Virus record (IMG/VR): IMGVR_UViG_2839031043_000001
From: an uncultured virus (IMG/VR IMGVR_UViG_2839031043_000001)
Taxonomy: Duplodnaviria > Heunggongvirae > Uroviricota > Caudoviricetes
Length of the DNA: 50,324 bases
Strand: one strand, 5' to 3'
Shown: piece after piece, positions 19,995 to 30,749 of the stretch
Position numbering within the stretch: the first letter of the stretch is position 1
How the letters are laid out: each line of letters starts with the position of its first letter
Program-made: the position numbers and the translations under genes
Notes under the pieces: model-generated
Databases searched by the model: none
The model's input: the letters and a program-made list of their open reading frames with translations, nothing else
What the model was told of the DNA's origin: nothing

Positions 19995-21075
19995 AAATAA
20001 GTACAAAATAACCGATCAGCATGCAATTATATACTTGCGAAACGGTAAATATTTCATAATGGATAATAGTGATTTTACGAGATTCAAAGAGGGTAAATTT
20101 ATTTTGTTTAACAACAGAGTGCATATTATCCTTTCAGATGGAAGTAAAGTCAATGTAGCAAGACATATTTTAGGCTTGCGTGCCAAAATGAAAAAGATAG
20201 TGTATCTCAATGGAGATTTCTTAGACTTAAGTAGAACTAATTTGAACACCTCTAAAAATGCATTTTTATTAGAAGAATCAGTATGTAAAATTGTAATCTC
20301 TAATGATCTGGTTGGTGAGGTTGATATTGAAGATTACGAAAAAGTGAAACCACACACTTGGCAAATATCAAGAAACGGATATGTATATACAAAATTAGAA
20401 GGTAAAATTAAATACTTGCATAGATATTTATTGAAAGTTAATGGCGATGAAATAGTAGATCACATTAACATGAATAAATTAGACAATAAAAAATCAAACT
20501 TAAGGCTCTGTAGTATAATGCAAAATTCATTTAATACTGGAAAGCCTAAATCTTCATTGCGAGAGTTTACTAGTATCTATAAAGGGCTTAAGAAAGTTTC
20601 AAATGGATGGAATGTCCGAATTGGCATCAATGGAACAGTATACCATCTAGGCGTTTATGAAAATGATATTGCGGCTGCAAATGCTTACAACTATTATGCT
20701 AGTTTATTTCACCCAGATTTCGCAAGATTAAATGACGTGGAATTATGTGAAAACTGGTATGACTATAAAAAATATAGTGGTGTTTCTATGTATAGAGGAG
20801 CTTGCTACAACAAGAAAATTGACAGATGGTATGCGTCCATATATCTAAATGACAGACCAACTTTAATAGGTTACTTCGACAGCGAAAAAGAATGTGCTAA
20901 AGCTTATAATGAAAGGGCTATTGAATTAGGGTTTGACTTTCACAAGCTAAACGTAATTGACGGAGTAATATATGGAACGAATGAGCAATACTTTAGTGAC
21001 TTTATAAACAGCAACAAGAAAGTGGTGAGATTGGTTGGTCAAAATTGCACTAACAGGAAAAATGCGAAGCGGTAA
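19987..21075 (+). CDS. HNH homing endonuclease with AP2 domains
   Basis: YLHR..VDHINMNKLDNKKSNLR, degenerate first HNH, two AP2-like repeats (YKG..AANAYN; YRG..AKAYN). Confidence 0.88.
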   Translation: MIKNKYKITDQHAIIYLRNGKYFIMDNSDFTRFKEGKFILFNNRVHIILSDGSKVNVARHILGLRAKMKKIVYLNGDFLDLSRTNLNTSKNAFLLEESVCKIVISNDLVGEVDIEDYEKVKPHTWQISRNGYVYTKLEGKIKYLHRYLLKVNGDEIVDHINMNKLDNKKSNLRLCSIMQNSFNTGKPKSSLREFTSIYKGLKKVSNGWNVRIGINGTVYHLGVYENDIAAANAYNYYASLFHPDFARLNDVELCENWYDYKKYSGVSMYRGACYNKKIDRWYASIYLNDRPTLIGYFDSEKECAKAYNERAIELGFDFHKLNVIDGVIYGTNEQYFSDFINSNKKVVRLVGQNCTNRKNAKR

Positions 21076-21559
21076 AGACTCGGTTGCTGAATATCTCATC
21101 AAGAAGTATGGTTTTACACGATTTGCCTTTGGAGATGGCATTAGAAGTGTTTGTAGGGATTTGTTTCCTGAGCAGCTTGCAAATGTTCAGAAACCTCGAT
21201 CATTGCTTCAAGGGGTGGGTCAAGCTATGCGGATGTTTAACCCTAATGTATGGATTAATAAATGCTTTAAAGAAATAAAAGAACACTATGGTGATATCAT
21301 TATTACAGATTTGAGGCAGCCAAATGAACTGAATGCCGTTAAACTTGATGGATTTTATGTAATTAGAGTGTCGAGTCCTGATGAGGTGCGGATACAAAGA
21401 ATGAATGCAGCAGGAGATAACTTCACATTGGATGAGTTGAATCATGAGACTGAAAGACACATAGACTCAATGGATGTTGACTTTGAAATACATAATGATG
21501 GCGATTTGGATCATCTGCATAACCAGATTGAGATAATTCTCAAACAAATGACCAAGTAA
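21035..21559 (+). CDS. Deoxynucleoside monophosphate kinase-like protein
   Basis: P-loop GKMRSGKD, R.LLQ.VG, ITDLRQPNE, HETE. Confidence 0.8.
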   Translation: MVKIALTGKMRSGKDSVAEYLIKKYGFTRFAFGDGIRSVCRDLFPEQLANVQKPRSLLQGVGQAMRMFNPNVWINKCFKEIKEHYGDIIITDLRQPNELNAVKLDGFYVIRVSSPDEVRIQRMNAAGDNFTLDELNHETERHIDSMDVDFEIHNDGDLDHLHNQIEIILKQMTK

Positions 21560-21589
21560 AAACCTAATTTTATTGAATGGAGGATAATT

Positions 21590-23067
21590 ATGAATTCAGC
21601 GGAACACTACGATATTGATTTTCCAGATGGTTGGCATATAAAAGTTGGTCAGGTTTACTCAAGCCCATACCAATCATGCCATTTTCTTGTAACTAAAATT
21701 GTGCTAGATCAAGGTGATGAAATCAATGACGCAGAGATTCATTACAAAGAAGTGAATCCACAAAATTATAAGGAAATTTATGAAAATGAACACCATCTTT
21801 GGCATCGAGCTTGGTGGGTTAATGATGGAAATTGGGATTTGGAACGTGATGTTGATTTACAATAAAATCTAATATTTATTGGAACGGGTGATCTGATGAC
21901 TGACACAAAGACAATGGCATTGCTTGGTGATGTCTGGTACCAAGTTATGGGAGTACGTGATGGAACTGAAGTAGAATATCGCCTATATTCCAAAGATTAT
22001 TGGGTTCCACGCTCGTGGATAAAAGAGTTTAAAGAAGAATTGAAATCAAATAATAATTTGGAGAAGTGATAATTTTGACTATAGAAGAATTTAAAAAATA
22101 TGCAATCGATCTTAAAAGGTTCAATATAGCTGAAGTGGAAGAATTGACACTAATGCAGCCTGACGAACTAGATCAATATCAAACGGAACTGGAACGAGAC
22201 ACTGGCAACCTGTCTAATTGGGATCATTTCAGAGCATTCATCACAATGAAAGCCAAAGTGAAAACATATGAAGATGTTGTACTTAACCATATTAATAGTA
22301 TAAGAGAGGAGGGCGAGTAATCTGTCTAAGCTCAACAAAGAACAACGCATTGAAGTAGTAAACAAAATCATTAAAGAGATTTCACTACGAGGTCGTAACT
22401 TCTTCTATTCGAAAGCAAAAGAGCGATTAGCTTATTTTGTCCAAGGTAATCGCTCTCTGTGGTACGTGGATGAGTATACAGGAGTACCTATAAAAATGGT
22501 CAAAGGACAAATGAGTAATGACAAGGGATTTTCCCACGGAGGTACATTGTGGGGACTTGTGAACGATTTTAAAGACTTTATCAATGGAGATGACGAAGCT
22601 TATCACAATAACGGTTATGGTGGCTTATATTGTCCTCATTGGGGATATCCAGAAGAAGATATGGCTGCAATCCAAAAATATGCTATTGAGTTGGGGTACT
22701 TAAAATCATGAAAGATTGTATTGTAAAAATAACGTTTGCTCCAGACCATATAATGATGTTTGGGAACTCATATAAGCCATGGGAAATGCAATTTGAAGAA
22801 TACCTATACCTACTAAAACGTGATGGAGAATACCCTTCTGAGATCAAAGAAGTTAAGATTTCAGATAGTCCATGGATTAAATGGGGTGGGTTGAAGTGGT
22901 GCCCAGAGCAAAAGTTCCAATATCTATTAAATCGTGAAGGGTGTCAAGAGAAAGACCCAGATAATCCAAGACCAAGAAAGTATAGCGAGATGAAGTTTTA
23001 CAAGAATGGAGCAATAACTAAAAAGGTCAAACAATATTTCAGGAACGTGTTTCAAGGTATATATTGA
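21590..23067 (+). other. Run of small hypothetical ORFs (21590-21865, 21896-22069, 22066-22320, 22322-22711 with CTG start, 22708-23067)
   Basis: RBSs, translational coupling, junction palindromes at 21556 and 21862. Confidence 0.6.
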
Positions 23068-23104
23068 TTGTTCGAAAGAAAAAGAAGCAACCCAGAAAGG
23101 CTGT

Positions 23105-23326
23105 TCATTGTCTTAAATTGATTCTATCCCATTGAATGTTCTGACAGAAGTACTCTGAAATGGGTAACACTCGGTTGCTTTCATACACAATGAACTTAAC
23201 TCTACGACCACTGCAACGCTCAATCCTTTTTCGAAGTGATTCTCTACTTGACTCTTTTTGGTACTTTGCTTTGGTAATACGAACTAATAGAACTAAACTT
23301 CCAAAACGACAACCTGTTATATACAT
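23105..23326 (-). CDS. Small basic protein on the opposite strand (moron-like)
   Basis: AGGGAG RBS, own terminator at ~23079-23106 on minus strand, structured leader. Confidence 0.45.
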   Translation of the reverse strand: MYITGCRFGSLVLLVRITKAKYQKESSRESLRKRIERCSGRRVKFIVYESNRVLPISEYFCQNIQWDRINLRQ

Positions 23327-23454
23327 TATAACGTCTCCCTAAATGTGGAGAGGATCTAGCCTCTCCTTTCTATACACTATTATTCTGGTCAATTTAGGGA
23401 GTTTTAAACTCGATTGATGAAAATATTTTTAAAAATGAAAGGTGAAGTAAAAAT

Positions 23455-24474
23455 ATGATTAAGCGGAATATTAAGACACCTAGTTACATTGTTTATGACT
23501 GGGAGGAACAGCTCGTAATCCAAACTGACGATTATGACGTGGCTTTAAAAGCATACGAAGAACGCAAGAAAGATTGCGAAGAGTTTTTTGACAGGAATGG
23601 TGAGTTTTGTGAGGGTGTGAAAGTGGTTCTGACTGCTGTTTTGAAGAATTTTTACTCTGCACCAACTGAGAAACAAAATGAGAATGGGGGTAATTACTGG
23701 GGTTTTTATGAAGATACACATGAAACCAAATCAGCAATTACAGCAGTCAATTTAGATTTTACTAAACCAATTGAACAAGTAGTAACTACTAAAGCTGGTG
23801 AAGCATTTATCCCATATAATAAGTTCGCTAATATTTCTAAAAGTAACTCATTAAAATAATGGATTTATTCAGAAAGGAGGAATCTATGTACGTTTTGGTT
23901 AGACGAAATAAGAAAGGTGAATCTGAGTTTTTAAGAGATGGGTGGACTACTGAGGATGCATACACAGACGATCTAGGACATGCTCTATTATTTACAGAAA
24001 TTGCTGATGCTGAGAAAGTGCAGCATGGTAATGAGCATATATGTTATGTAGAGCAGGATGACGATGGAGGATTATATTTTCCTGCACCTCAGATCCGATA
24101 AATGTGCAACTTTATAAGAAATGAGGTGATGTATATGAATAAATGGGAAAAATTACGAGACACATTAACTGGATGGGCTGAAGGTGCAAATGCAGGTGGT
24201 TTTTATGACCAGCTTGATGCCATTGAGAAAGTACTAAACGAAATGAATGAGTTAGAAAAAACTGAATGAGGTGGCTTTAATGAAGATCATAGCAGTAGAT
24301 AATTTCGCTAGAGAATATATTGCTGATACATTGATTGCAGAAAACGTAAATGAATACATGGGAAAGCGCATTGTTGATGCGTTAAATGATAAGCAACATG
24401 AGAATAGTCAAGATTTCTTCAAGCTGGTTTCAGATGACTATGTATTGTGGCGTGGTATGGAAGAACTTGTTTAA
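23455..24474 (+). other. Run of small hypothetical ORFs (23455-23859, 23886-24101, 24135-24269, 24280-24474)
   Basis: RBS-preceded ORFs. Confidence 0.55.
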
Positions 24475-24533
24475 ATAGGCGACATCTAAAAATACATATT
24501 AAAAAGCATCTGAGGGGGAGCNNNNNNNNNNTT

Positions 24534-25523
24534 TTGATTAAAGTTCTTGAGTTATTCGGAGGGATCGGAGCGCCGCGAAAGGCACTTATTAAGCTAGGAG
24601 TTAGTCATAAATGTATCGATTATGTAGAATGGCAAGTCAACCGTGTGAAGGCGTACAACGCTCTTTATGATCATTTACATCACCCACAAGATGTAAGAGG
24701 ATGGAATTTAAAACCTGATATCTTAGTTCATGGTTCTCCATGCCAAGATAATAGTAGAGCAAACAAGCAACGTAAGGGAGCGGCTAATGATTCACGATCA
24801 CAATTGATGCTAGAAACTCTGAGAATAATTAAAGAGATGGGTACATGGAGACCTAGAGTAGTAATTTGGGAAAATGTCGAGGGTGTACTAGATAAGAACG
24901 TCATGCCAATTTTCAATTATTATCTTCAAGAAATGAAGTCACTCGGTTATACCAGTTCATATGAAGTGTTGGACGCTAGAGATTTCGGTATTCCACATGC
25001 ACGAAAAAGAGTGTTTTGTATCTCGCTGTATGATGATAAAATGTTCGACTTCAATAAGATACAGAAGAAACCGATGAAGCATATTAAGGAATTTCTAGAG
25101 TTTAGTCCTAACGATATGGTACCAGCTCAGTATCTTATTACTATTCCATCCATGCTAAATAAAATTAAAGAATTCAATCCCAAGCCAACAGGGAGTTATA
25201 AGCGCCAATTAGATGTTATTGATGAGTATTGTTACACAATTACAGAAAGACAGGATCGGTGTCCTAATGCTGGGATCATTCGATTAAGTAATCCTCAGTA
25301 TCGATACTTAACTGAGCGAGAGTGCTGGAGGCTATTAGGTTTTGATGATGAAGATTATGACCTAATGTTGAAAGAGTTTCCAACCAAAGAAGGGAAGCGA
25401 AACGCCACACTGTATGCATTAGCTGGCAATAGCATCGTAGTAGATGTATTAGAAGAGATATTTAGAGTGTTGTTGGATGAATACATAGTGATTAATGATT
25501 CAAAGATGGAATTGGTCAGTTAA
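24534..25523 (+). CDS. DNA (cytosine-5)-methyltransferase
   Basis: Motif I FGGIGA, IV GSPCQ, VI ENV, VIII RKRVF, IX RYLTERE, X AGNSI. Confidence 0.93.
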   Translation: MIKVLELFGGIGAPRKALIKLGVSHKCIDYVEWQVNRVKAYNALYDHLHHPQDVRGWNLKPDILVHGSPCQDNSRANKQRKGAANDSRSQLMLETLRIIKEMGTWRPRVVIWENVEGVLDKNVMPIFNYYLQEMKSLGYTSSYEVLDARDFGIPHARKRVFCISLYDDKMFDFNKIQKKPMKHIKEFLEFSPNDMVPAQYLITIPSMLNKIKEFNPKPTGSYKRQLDVIDEYCYTITERQDRCPNAGIIRLSNPQYRYLTERECWRLLGFDDEDYDLMLKEFPTKEGKRNATLYALAGNSIVVDVLEEIFRVLLDEYIVINDSKMELVS

Positions 25524-25577
25524 TACATTGAAGTAAATCTGAATCAAATTCGTATTTTATTTCGAAAGGGTGTAAAT

Positions 25578-26844
25578 ATGGCACTAACTCAAAAAGGCAA
25601 AGACAATTTACTACTGTGGTTGGAGAAGGTTGAAAACATTAATGACATGAAGTTACTCATTCGCTCACTTATTCTGAGTCAAGACGTAACCGAAGATAAA
25701 AACTAAATAAAAAATAACTTTTATCGAAAGAAGGCGAGGTAGAATGAAGATTAAGAAGACTGATTATGCGCTAATTAAAGAGGCAGAAAATGAAGGAAGA
25801 TCTGTTTCAATGAGTAGTGTTATCGACAGAAATAGAACTGAATTGAATAAAGAGTTGCAGTCATATTTCAACCAAAATTATAAAGAATATAAAGGTAGCT
25901 ATGATGAAAATGAGGGAGAGGACGTTCTTTATTCATTAAACGAATACATAAGCGACCACAAGATTGATATGCGATCTTTAGATTTTCCAATCGTTGAAGG
26001 TACTGATGTTTACTTATTGCCTATAACCAATAATCTTCAATTAAAGGTGATTGTAGCTGATGAGTACTATGGTGGGGGCAATTACTCAAAATATGTAATG
26101 ATTGATAGGTTTATCATTACAGATTCAGCAACTACTGAAGATGTAGATAAGTTGATTACAGTTTTACGGGAGTATTCTGTCAGGTAACTGTCTCAATGAA
26201 ACAGTCATTTAATTGGAGGTGATTCACTATTTGGTTTGACTGTCTTGAAAAAATATCACTTAAGCTTCAAGGAATACATAAGATATTTGAATTCTATTTA
26301 ATTGCTTATAGTGGTGATCCTATATTCGATTTTTATCAAGGAAGAGTTTTAATAATTAATGACAAGCAATATGTGCTCATTCGGAAGTATTTAGATGGTG
26401 GTAGCATCTATGATCAAAGAATTAAAATTTATGGCATTGAATACTCCAAAGCACCACCTGAGCTAAAAGACAAATTAAATGTCTTAATCGAAAGAAATCA
26501 AGATAGACATCGCAGCGAACACACGAAAAATTGGAATTGGCTACTTCAAAAGCATCAGTACTATAAAGCTCATATAAAATAAAATCGAGATTATATTCAG
26601 AATGGGAGATGAAGTCATGCAGAAATCCATTCCTGCAAAGCATTTGATTGAGGCACATGCATATCATAAGAACAAAGTAAAGTCACTTGATTTAGTGTTA
26701 ACGGAGTTAATGACAGATAATGAATTTGGAGAGAAGAAAGGCATTCATTCCGAAACGATTGAGTTTATTAAACAAAAGATAAATGAACACGATGAGAAGC
26801 AGAAATATTATGAAGAGGTAGAGATTATTCCATTAAATAGTTAG
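25578..26844 (+). other. Four palindrome-delimited small ORFs (25578-25706, 25744-26187, 26229-26582 with ATT start, 26617-26844)
   Basis: Palindromes at 25543, 25707, 26196, 26579 precede each RBS. Confidence 0.6.
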
Positions 26845-26880
26845 TTTCATATACCCTAAAGACCCTTTTAGATCGTTTGG

Positions 26881-26909
26881 TTGATTTTGTAATGGAAGTT
26901 TCATACAAT
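26881..26909 (+). promoter_or_regulatory. Sigma-A promoter of OLD-family gene
   Basis: TTGATT-17 bp-TACAAT. Confidence 0.6.
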
Positions 26910-26955
26910 TGTTGTATATTAGACTAGACCAAATGAACTAAAAGGGAATGATGAT

Positions 26956-28779
26956 ATGAAAGTAAATTATGTTCAAATTAAGAATTTTAGATCAATAAAA
27001 GATTCGGGTAAAATATACTTCAACAATCTTATTACTATATTTGCTGGTAAAAATGAGTCAGGTAAAACTAACATACTTAAGGCTTTACATGCATTCACTG
27101 AAGATGCTTTCGATCAGGATTATGACTACCCGCTGGAAGCAGAAGATGGGATCTATCCAGAGATAACAGTTTCGATAAGCTTAGATACTAAAGAAGCACT
27201 TACGTTGGCTCCATACTTGGCAAACAGCCTCGCAAGAGAATTGATCATTGTTAGATCTCCTCTGTATGTAGATGTTATTAAGGGAGAAGTGTATGATAGC
27301 ACTTTAAAAGATGAAGATTTAAAAATTGAAAAGCACTTTAATGAGATTAAGGAGTTCTTCAAAAAAATAGATGCAGTAGCAAAAACAAGTTTTGTTAAGC
27401 CACTTTTGGCAGACAAAAGCGAGCAAAATATAAAAGCATTGCTTGATCAATACTTGCATAACAAAAATTCATATCCTCCAATCGAAGAAGAGATATCAGA
27501 CAAGTTTAATTTCATTCTAAACGAACTATTGCCTGCATGGAGTACATTAGTAAATAGAAGAAATGAATACATTGATAAAATCTACAGTCTCTTACCTAAG
27601 TTTGTTTATTTTGACTCCTTTAATGATTTAATTCCAGATAGCATTTCTAAGGGTAAAGATATTGACTCTGAAATCGTTAAAAGGTTCTTTAAGGTCGTTA
27701 ATGTCAAAGTAGAAGATATTTTTGCATTACAAAATCCACAGAGAAGACAAAATTTAGCCAACAAGATATCAGCACAGGTAACAGGTGACTTTATGGGCTA
27801 TTATTCACAGGATGATGTATCACTAAAGATAAACTTAGATGGTGACATGATGAATTTCTTTGTTTATGGCAAAGATGGTGAAAAAGCATTTCAACCGAAG
27901 CAAAGAAGTCAAGGCTTACAATGGTTTTTGGCATTTTACTTAACTTTACAAGCTGAGTCCTCCAAAAACACAGTATTGATGATTGATGAACCGGGCTTGT
28001 ATTTACATGCAAAAGCACAGGGCGATTTGTTGAAACTGCTCGAAAAATTATCAGAAGTAAATCAAATCTTAATGACGACTCACAGCCAGTGGTTGATTGA
28101 TCCAGATAGACTTGAGAGAGTTCGTTTGGTTAAAAAAAATGATGATTACACAATGGTTGAAAACAAGATCCATAAAGGAGCAGATAAAGACACACTGTTA
28201 CCTATTATGTCTGCGATTGGACTCGATCTATCAAGGAGTATGACTGACTTTGGTGATATTAATGTCTTAGTTGAAGGTATATCAGACTATTACTACTTAA
28301 GGGCTATCATACGTTATTTTGAAAATGTTACAAGTGTTAAAGATATTAGGGTATTCCCATCTGTTGGCGTAACGCAAATCTCAGTGGTGTTGTCCTTACT
28401 AATAGGGCGAGAAGCAGAGTACATCATCGTTGTAGATAATGACAAGGATGGAATTAAGGAGAGGACACGACTCATTAATGCTGGCATAGAAGAGAATAAA
28501 ATTCACTTTGTAATTGAAAGACAGAATGGAACAATTGAAGATTTATTCTCAGAAGTCGATTACCACAAGTATGTTTTGCAGTCTCCACTGGACTCTAGTG
28601 AATCCAAGACAAGAAGAACAGCATCAGGTTTGGATAAGGTTATGCTTGCAAAGAGATTCAACGAATTGGTTCATGAAGGCAAAGTTAAATTAGATAGCGA
28701 AACGGAAAAAAATTGTCTTATCATTTTAGGAAAAATACTTGAGAAGGATTTGGCTTTAGTAGGGTCACCAGCTATTTAG
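26956..28779 (+). CDS. OLD-family ATP-dependent nuclease (ABC ATPase + TOPRIM), candidate anti-phage defence
   Basis: KNFRSI, Walker A GKNESGKT, RSQG signature, IDEPGLYLH Walker B, TTHS; TOPRIM VEGISD and DNDKDG. Confidence 0.88.
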   Translation: MKVNYVQIKNFRSIKDSGKIYFNNLITIFAGKNESGKTNILKALHAFTEDAFDQDYDYPLEAEDGIYPEITVSISLDTKEALTLAPYLANSLARELIIVRSPLYVDVIKGEVYDSTLKDEDLKIEKHFNEIKEFFKKIDAVAKTSFVKPLLADKSEQNIKALLDQYLHNKNSYPPIEEEISDKFNFILNELLPAWSTLVNRRNEYIDKIYSLLPKFVYFDSFNDLIPDSISKGKDIDSEIVKRFFKVVNVKVEDIFALQNPQRRQNLANKISAQVTGDFMGYYSQDDVSLKINLDGDMMNFFVYGKDGEKAFQPKQRSQGLQWFLAFYLTLQAESSKNTVLMIDEPGLYLHAKAQGDLLKLLEKLSEVNQILMTTHSQWLIDPDRLERVRLVKKNDDYTMVENKIHKGADKDTLLPIMSAIGLDLSRSMTDFGDINVLVEGISDYYYLRAIIRYFENVTSVKDIRVFPSVGVTQISVVLSLLIGREAEYIIVVDNDKDGIKERTRLINAGIEENKIHFVIERQNGTIEDLFSEVDYHKYVLQSPLDSSESKTRRTASGLDKVMLAKRFNELVHEGKVKLDSETEKNCLIILGKILEKDLALVGSPAI

Positions 28780-28787
28780 CTGGTGAC
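28764..28787. terminator. Hairpin at end of OLD gene
   Basis: GTCACCAGCTA-TT-TAGCTGGTGAC inverted repeat; no strong T tract. Confidence 0.45.
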
Positions 28788-28875
28788 TTGAAATTAGTTT
28801 ATATAAACAAAAGTATAAAATAATGATTATGTGATTTGAATGAAATGCAAGTTTGATTAGGAAAGGGGGCAAAGC

Positions 28876-29049
28876 ATGAATAAAATATTAAAAATAAACG
28901 AAATGAATATTATTGCAAATAAACCAGAGAGCAAAGAAAAAATGATTAAAGTGTTAACCTTGATCGACAATCTTTCTGACACAGAGGAAGAAATGTTCGC
29001 TATATTGGCAGGGGTGACTGAAACGCTAAAAACAGCGTTAAAGAATTAG
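28876..29049 (+). CDS. Small hypothetical protein (57 aa, not in track)
   Basis: AAAGGGGG RBS after palindrome at 28840. Confidence 0.5.
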   Translation: MNKILKINEMNIIANKPESKEKMIKVLTLIDNLSDTEEEMFAILAGVTETLKTALKN

Positions 29050-29133
29050 GATATGTAATCGATTATTCTTGATAAGACAATGACAAGTAAATAAGCATTC
29101 ATACATATAGTACTTCGGGGAGGGGAGGTCTAT

Positions 29134-29232
29134 ATGGGAAAGATATTGTTATACATAACTGTTGGGTCGATTTCTGGTGTTATAGTTGGTTGTTTGTTTT
29201 TATTAATGGCTTTAAGTGGATGGTTTTCATAA
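29134..29232 (+). CDS. 32-aa single-TM peptide (not in track)
   Basis: MGKILLYITVGSISGVIVGCLFLLMALSGWFS; strong GGGGAGGGGAGGT RBS. Confidence 0.6.
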   Translation: MGKILLYITVGSISGVIVGCLFLLMALSGWFS

Positions 29233-29290
29233 AGACTATTGGGGAAAATAAAATTTTAAAATAAAATTACTCATTTATTTGGAGGTATTG

Positions 29291-30350
29291 ATGGGAAACA
29301 CACTAATTGTTTTAACAGGTGACGACTGGGAAGGTCTATTTTATAATGGGAAATTAATCGAAGAAGAGCACAGCATTCATAAATCAGAACTTGTTAATCG
29401 AATGAAGCAATATCAGACATTTGATGTTAGATTTTTATGGCTTAATAATATGGGGCTGAAATGGATACATAATGAGGGAAGTTTTCCATCTAACTTTGAG
29501 GATGTTCCCAAAGAATATTTTGGATAAAACAACGTTTTGATTAGGAGATGGGTTTATGAATAAAATCACTATTAGGACTTGGGACTATACATGTGGAGAT
29601 CGTTGTTGTTATGACTGGGGTCAAGATATCAAGGTCAACGATGTAGAGGTAGGAACTTTTCAAGATGTTGATATTGCTGCTATAGAAGCAATACTAAACG
29701 CACTTGGTATTAAGTTTGAGCTAGAGGAGATTGACAATAGGGAATAAAATTAGGATTTCATATTAAAAATAATATATAAAAAAACATGATAAAGCTATTT
29801 ACAAACAAATTCTGATGCTNNNNNNNNNNNNNGAATACACCTTTTGAAAGGACTGAGAACAATGTAAGTCAACAAGAAGTGCCTCATAAAACTATCTGCA
29901 AAATAAATAAAAATATAGAGGAGAATACATAATGAACTTTTTCAATAAAAACAATCAAACTGTACATGCAAAAACGGTTGAGTCAAAACGAAACAAGATT
30001 CAATACTATGGAATTGGAACTAATAACACAGTAATTGATTTTGAAGCAAGCACACCTATTCAAGCACGAAGCTACTTTGAAATGGAATTCAATGCACAGG
30101 GCACAGAATTAAACTACATGGGTGCATATGCACGTTAATGGGCACGAAAGACATTCCCAGTGTAGTAGATTGCAAAGAATGGATTCAAAACATATTGAAT
30201 CGTGTTAGGAATGTTGATCTATTCACTAGCTACAATCTAAGTGTTAAAGATTTTGAAAAAGGCTACGAAGATGCTGAACTAAGACGAGCATTGAAGAACT
30301 TAAAGAAGGCATATGAAGAAATGAAGGCTGAAACAAATACATCAACATAG
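29291..30350 (+). other. Small hypothetical ORFs (29291-29527, 29556-29747, 29932-30138, 30138-30350)
   Basis: RBS-preceded; palindromes at 29261, 29524, 29744. Confidence 0.55.
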
Positions 30351-30358
30351 AGGAGCTG

Positions 30359-30703
30359 ATGCTCTATATGCAAACTTATATAGTCAACAATTTGGCTATT
30401 AAGGCAGAGCAGATGAATCAGGATTTTACACTAGAGAATGAAAATGGCACATTTAATGGTCGCAAGGGTGATTACATCATTCACACCAAAGGGAAACAAA
30501 GAGGGCTTAGTAAATTAGAGTTTGAACAAACCTATCAGAAGGTAGAGGATTGGGAGTCAGCCAAAGACAAGTTCAGGCAAATGATGGCACAAGGGTATCA
30601 GGAGATGGGTAGTATCAATCTAGGAATTGCAAATGAAGATGTACATTTAGAAGTTGAAGCTGCTCGTATTAGGGAGCAGTATATAAATAAACATAGTAAA
30701 TAA
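30359..30703 (+). CDS. YosL-like protein with C-terminal MazE/EndoAI-like antitoxin segment
   Basis: MAQGYQEMGSINLGIANEDVHLEVEA aligns by eye to B. subtilis EndoAI MRRGYMEMAKINLNISSEAHFAECEA; located directly before the RNR gene as yosL is in SPbeta. Confidence 0.7.
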   Translation: MLYMQTYIVNNLAIKAEQMNQDFTLENENGTFNGRKGDYIIHTKGKQRGLSKLEFEQTYQKVEDWESAKDKFRQMMAQGYQEMGSINLGIANEDVHLEVEAARIREQYINKHSK

Positions 30704-30749
30704 AATTAAAATACATAATTGAGTTAAACTATCATTAGGAGGCAGTAAT

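Noticed and set aside
24534..25523. Restriction-modification system
   Set aside because: No recognisable cognate endonuclease; orphan methylases are typical of SPbeta-like phages
26956..28779. Gabija or retron system
   Set aside because: No adjacent UvrD-like GajB or reverse transcriptase
29810..29900. Hammerhead ribozyme (CTGATG..GAAA)
   Set aside because: Core reads CTGATGC and is broken by an N gap; flanking stems not found
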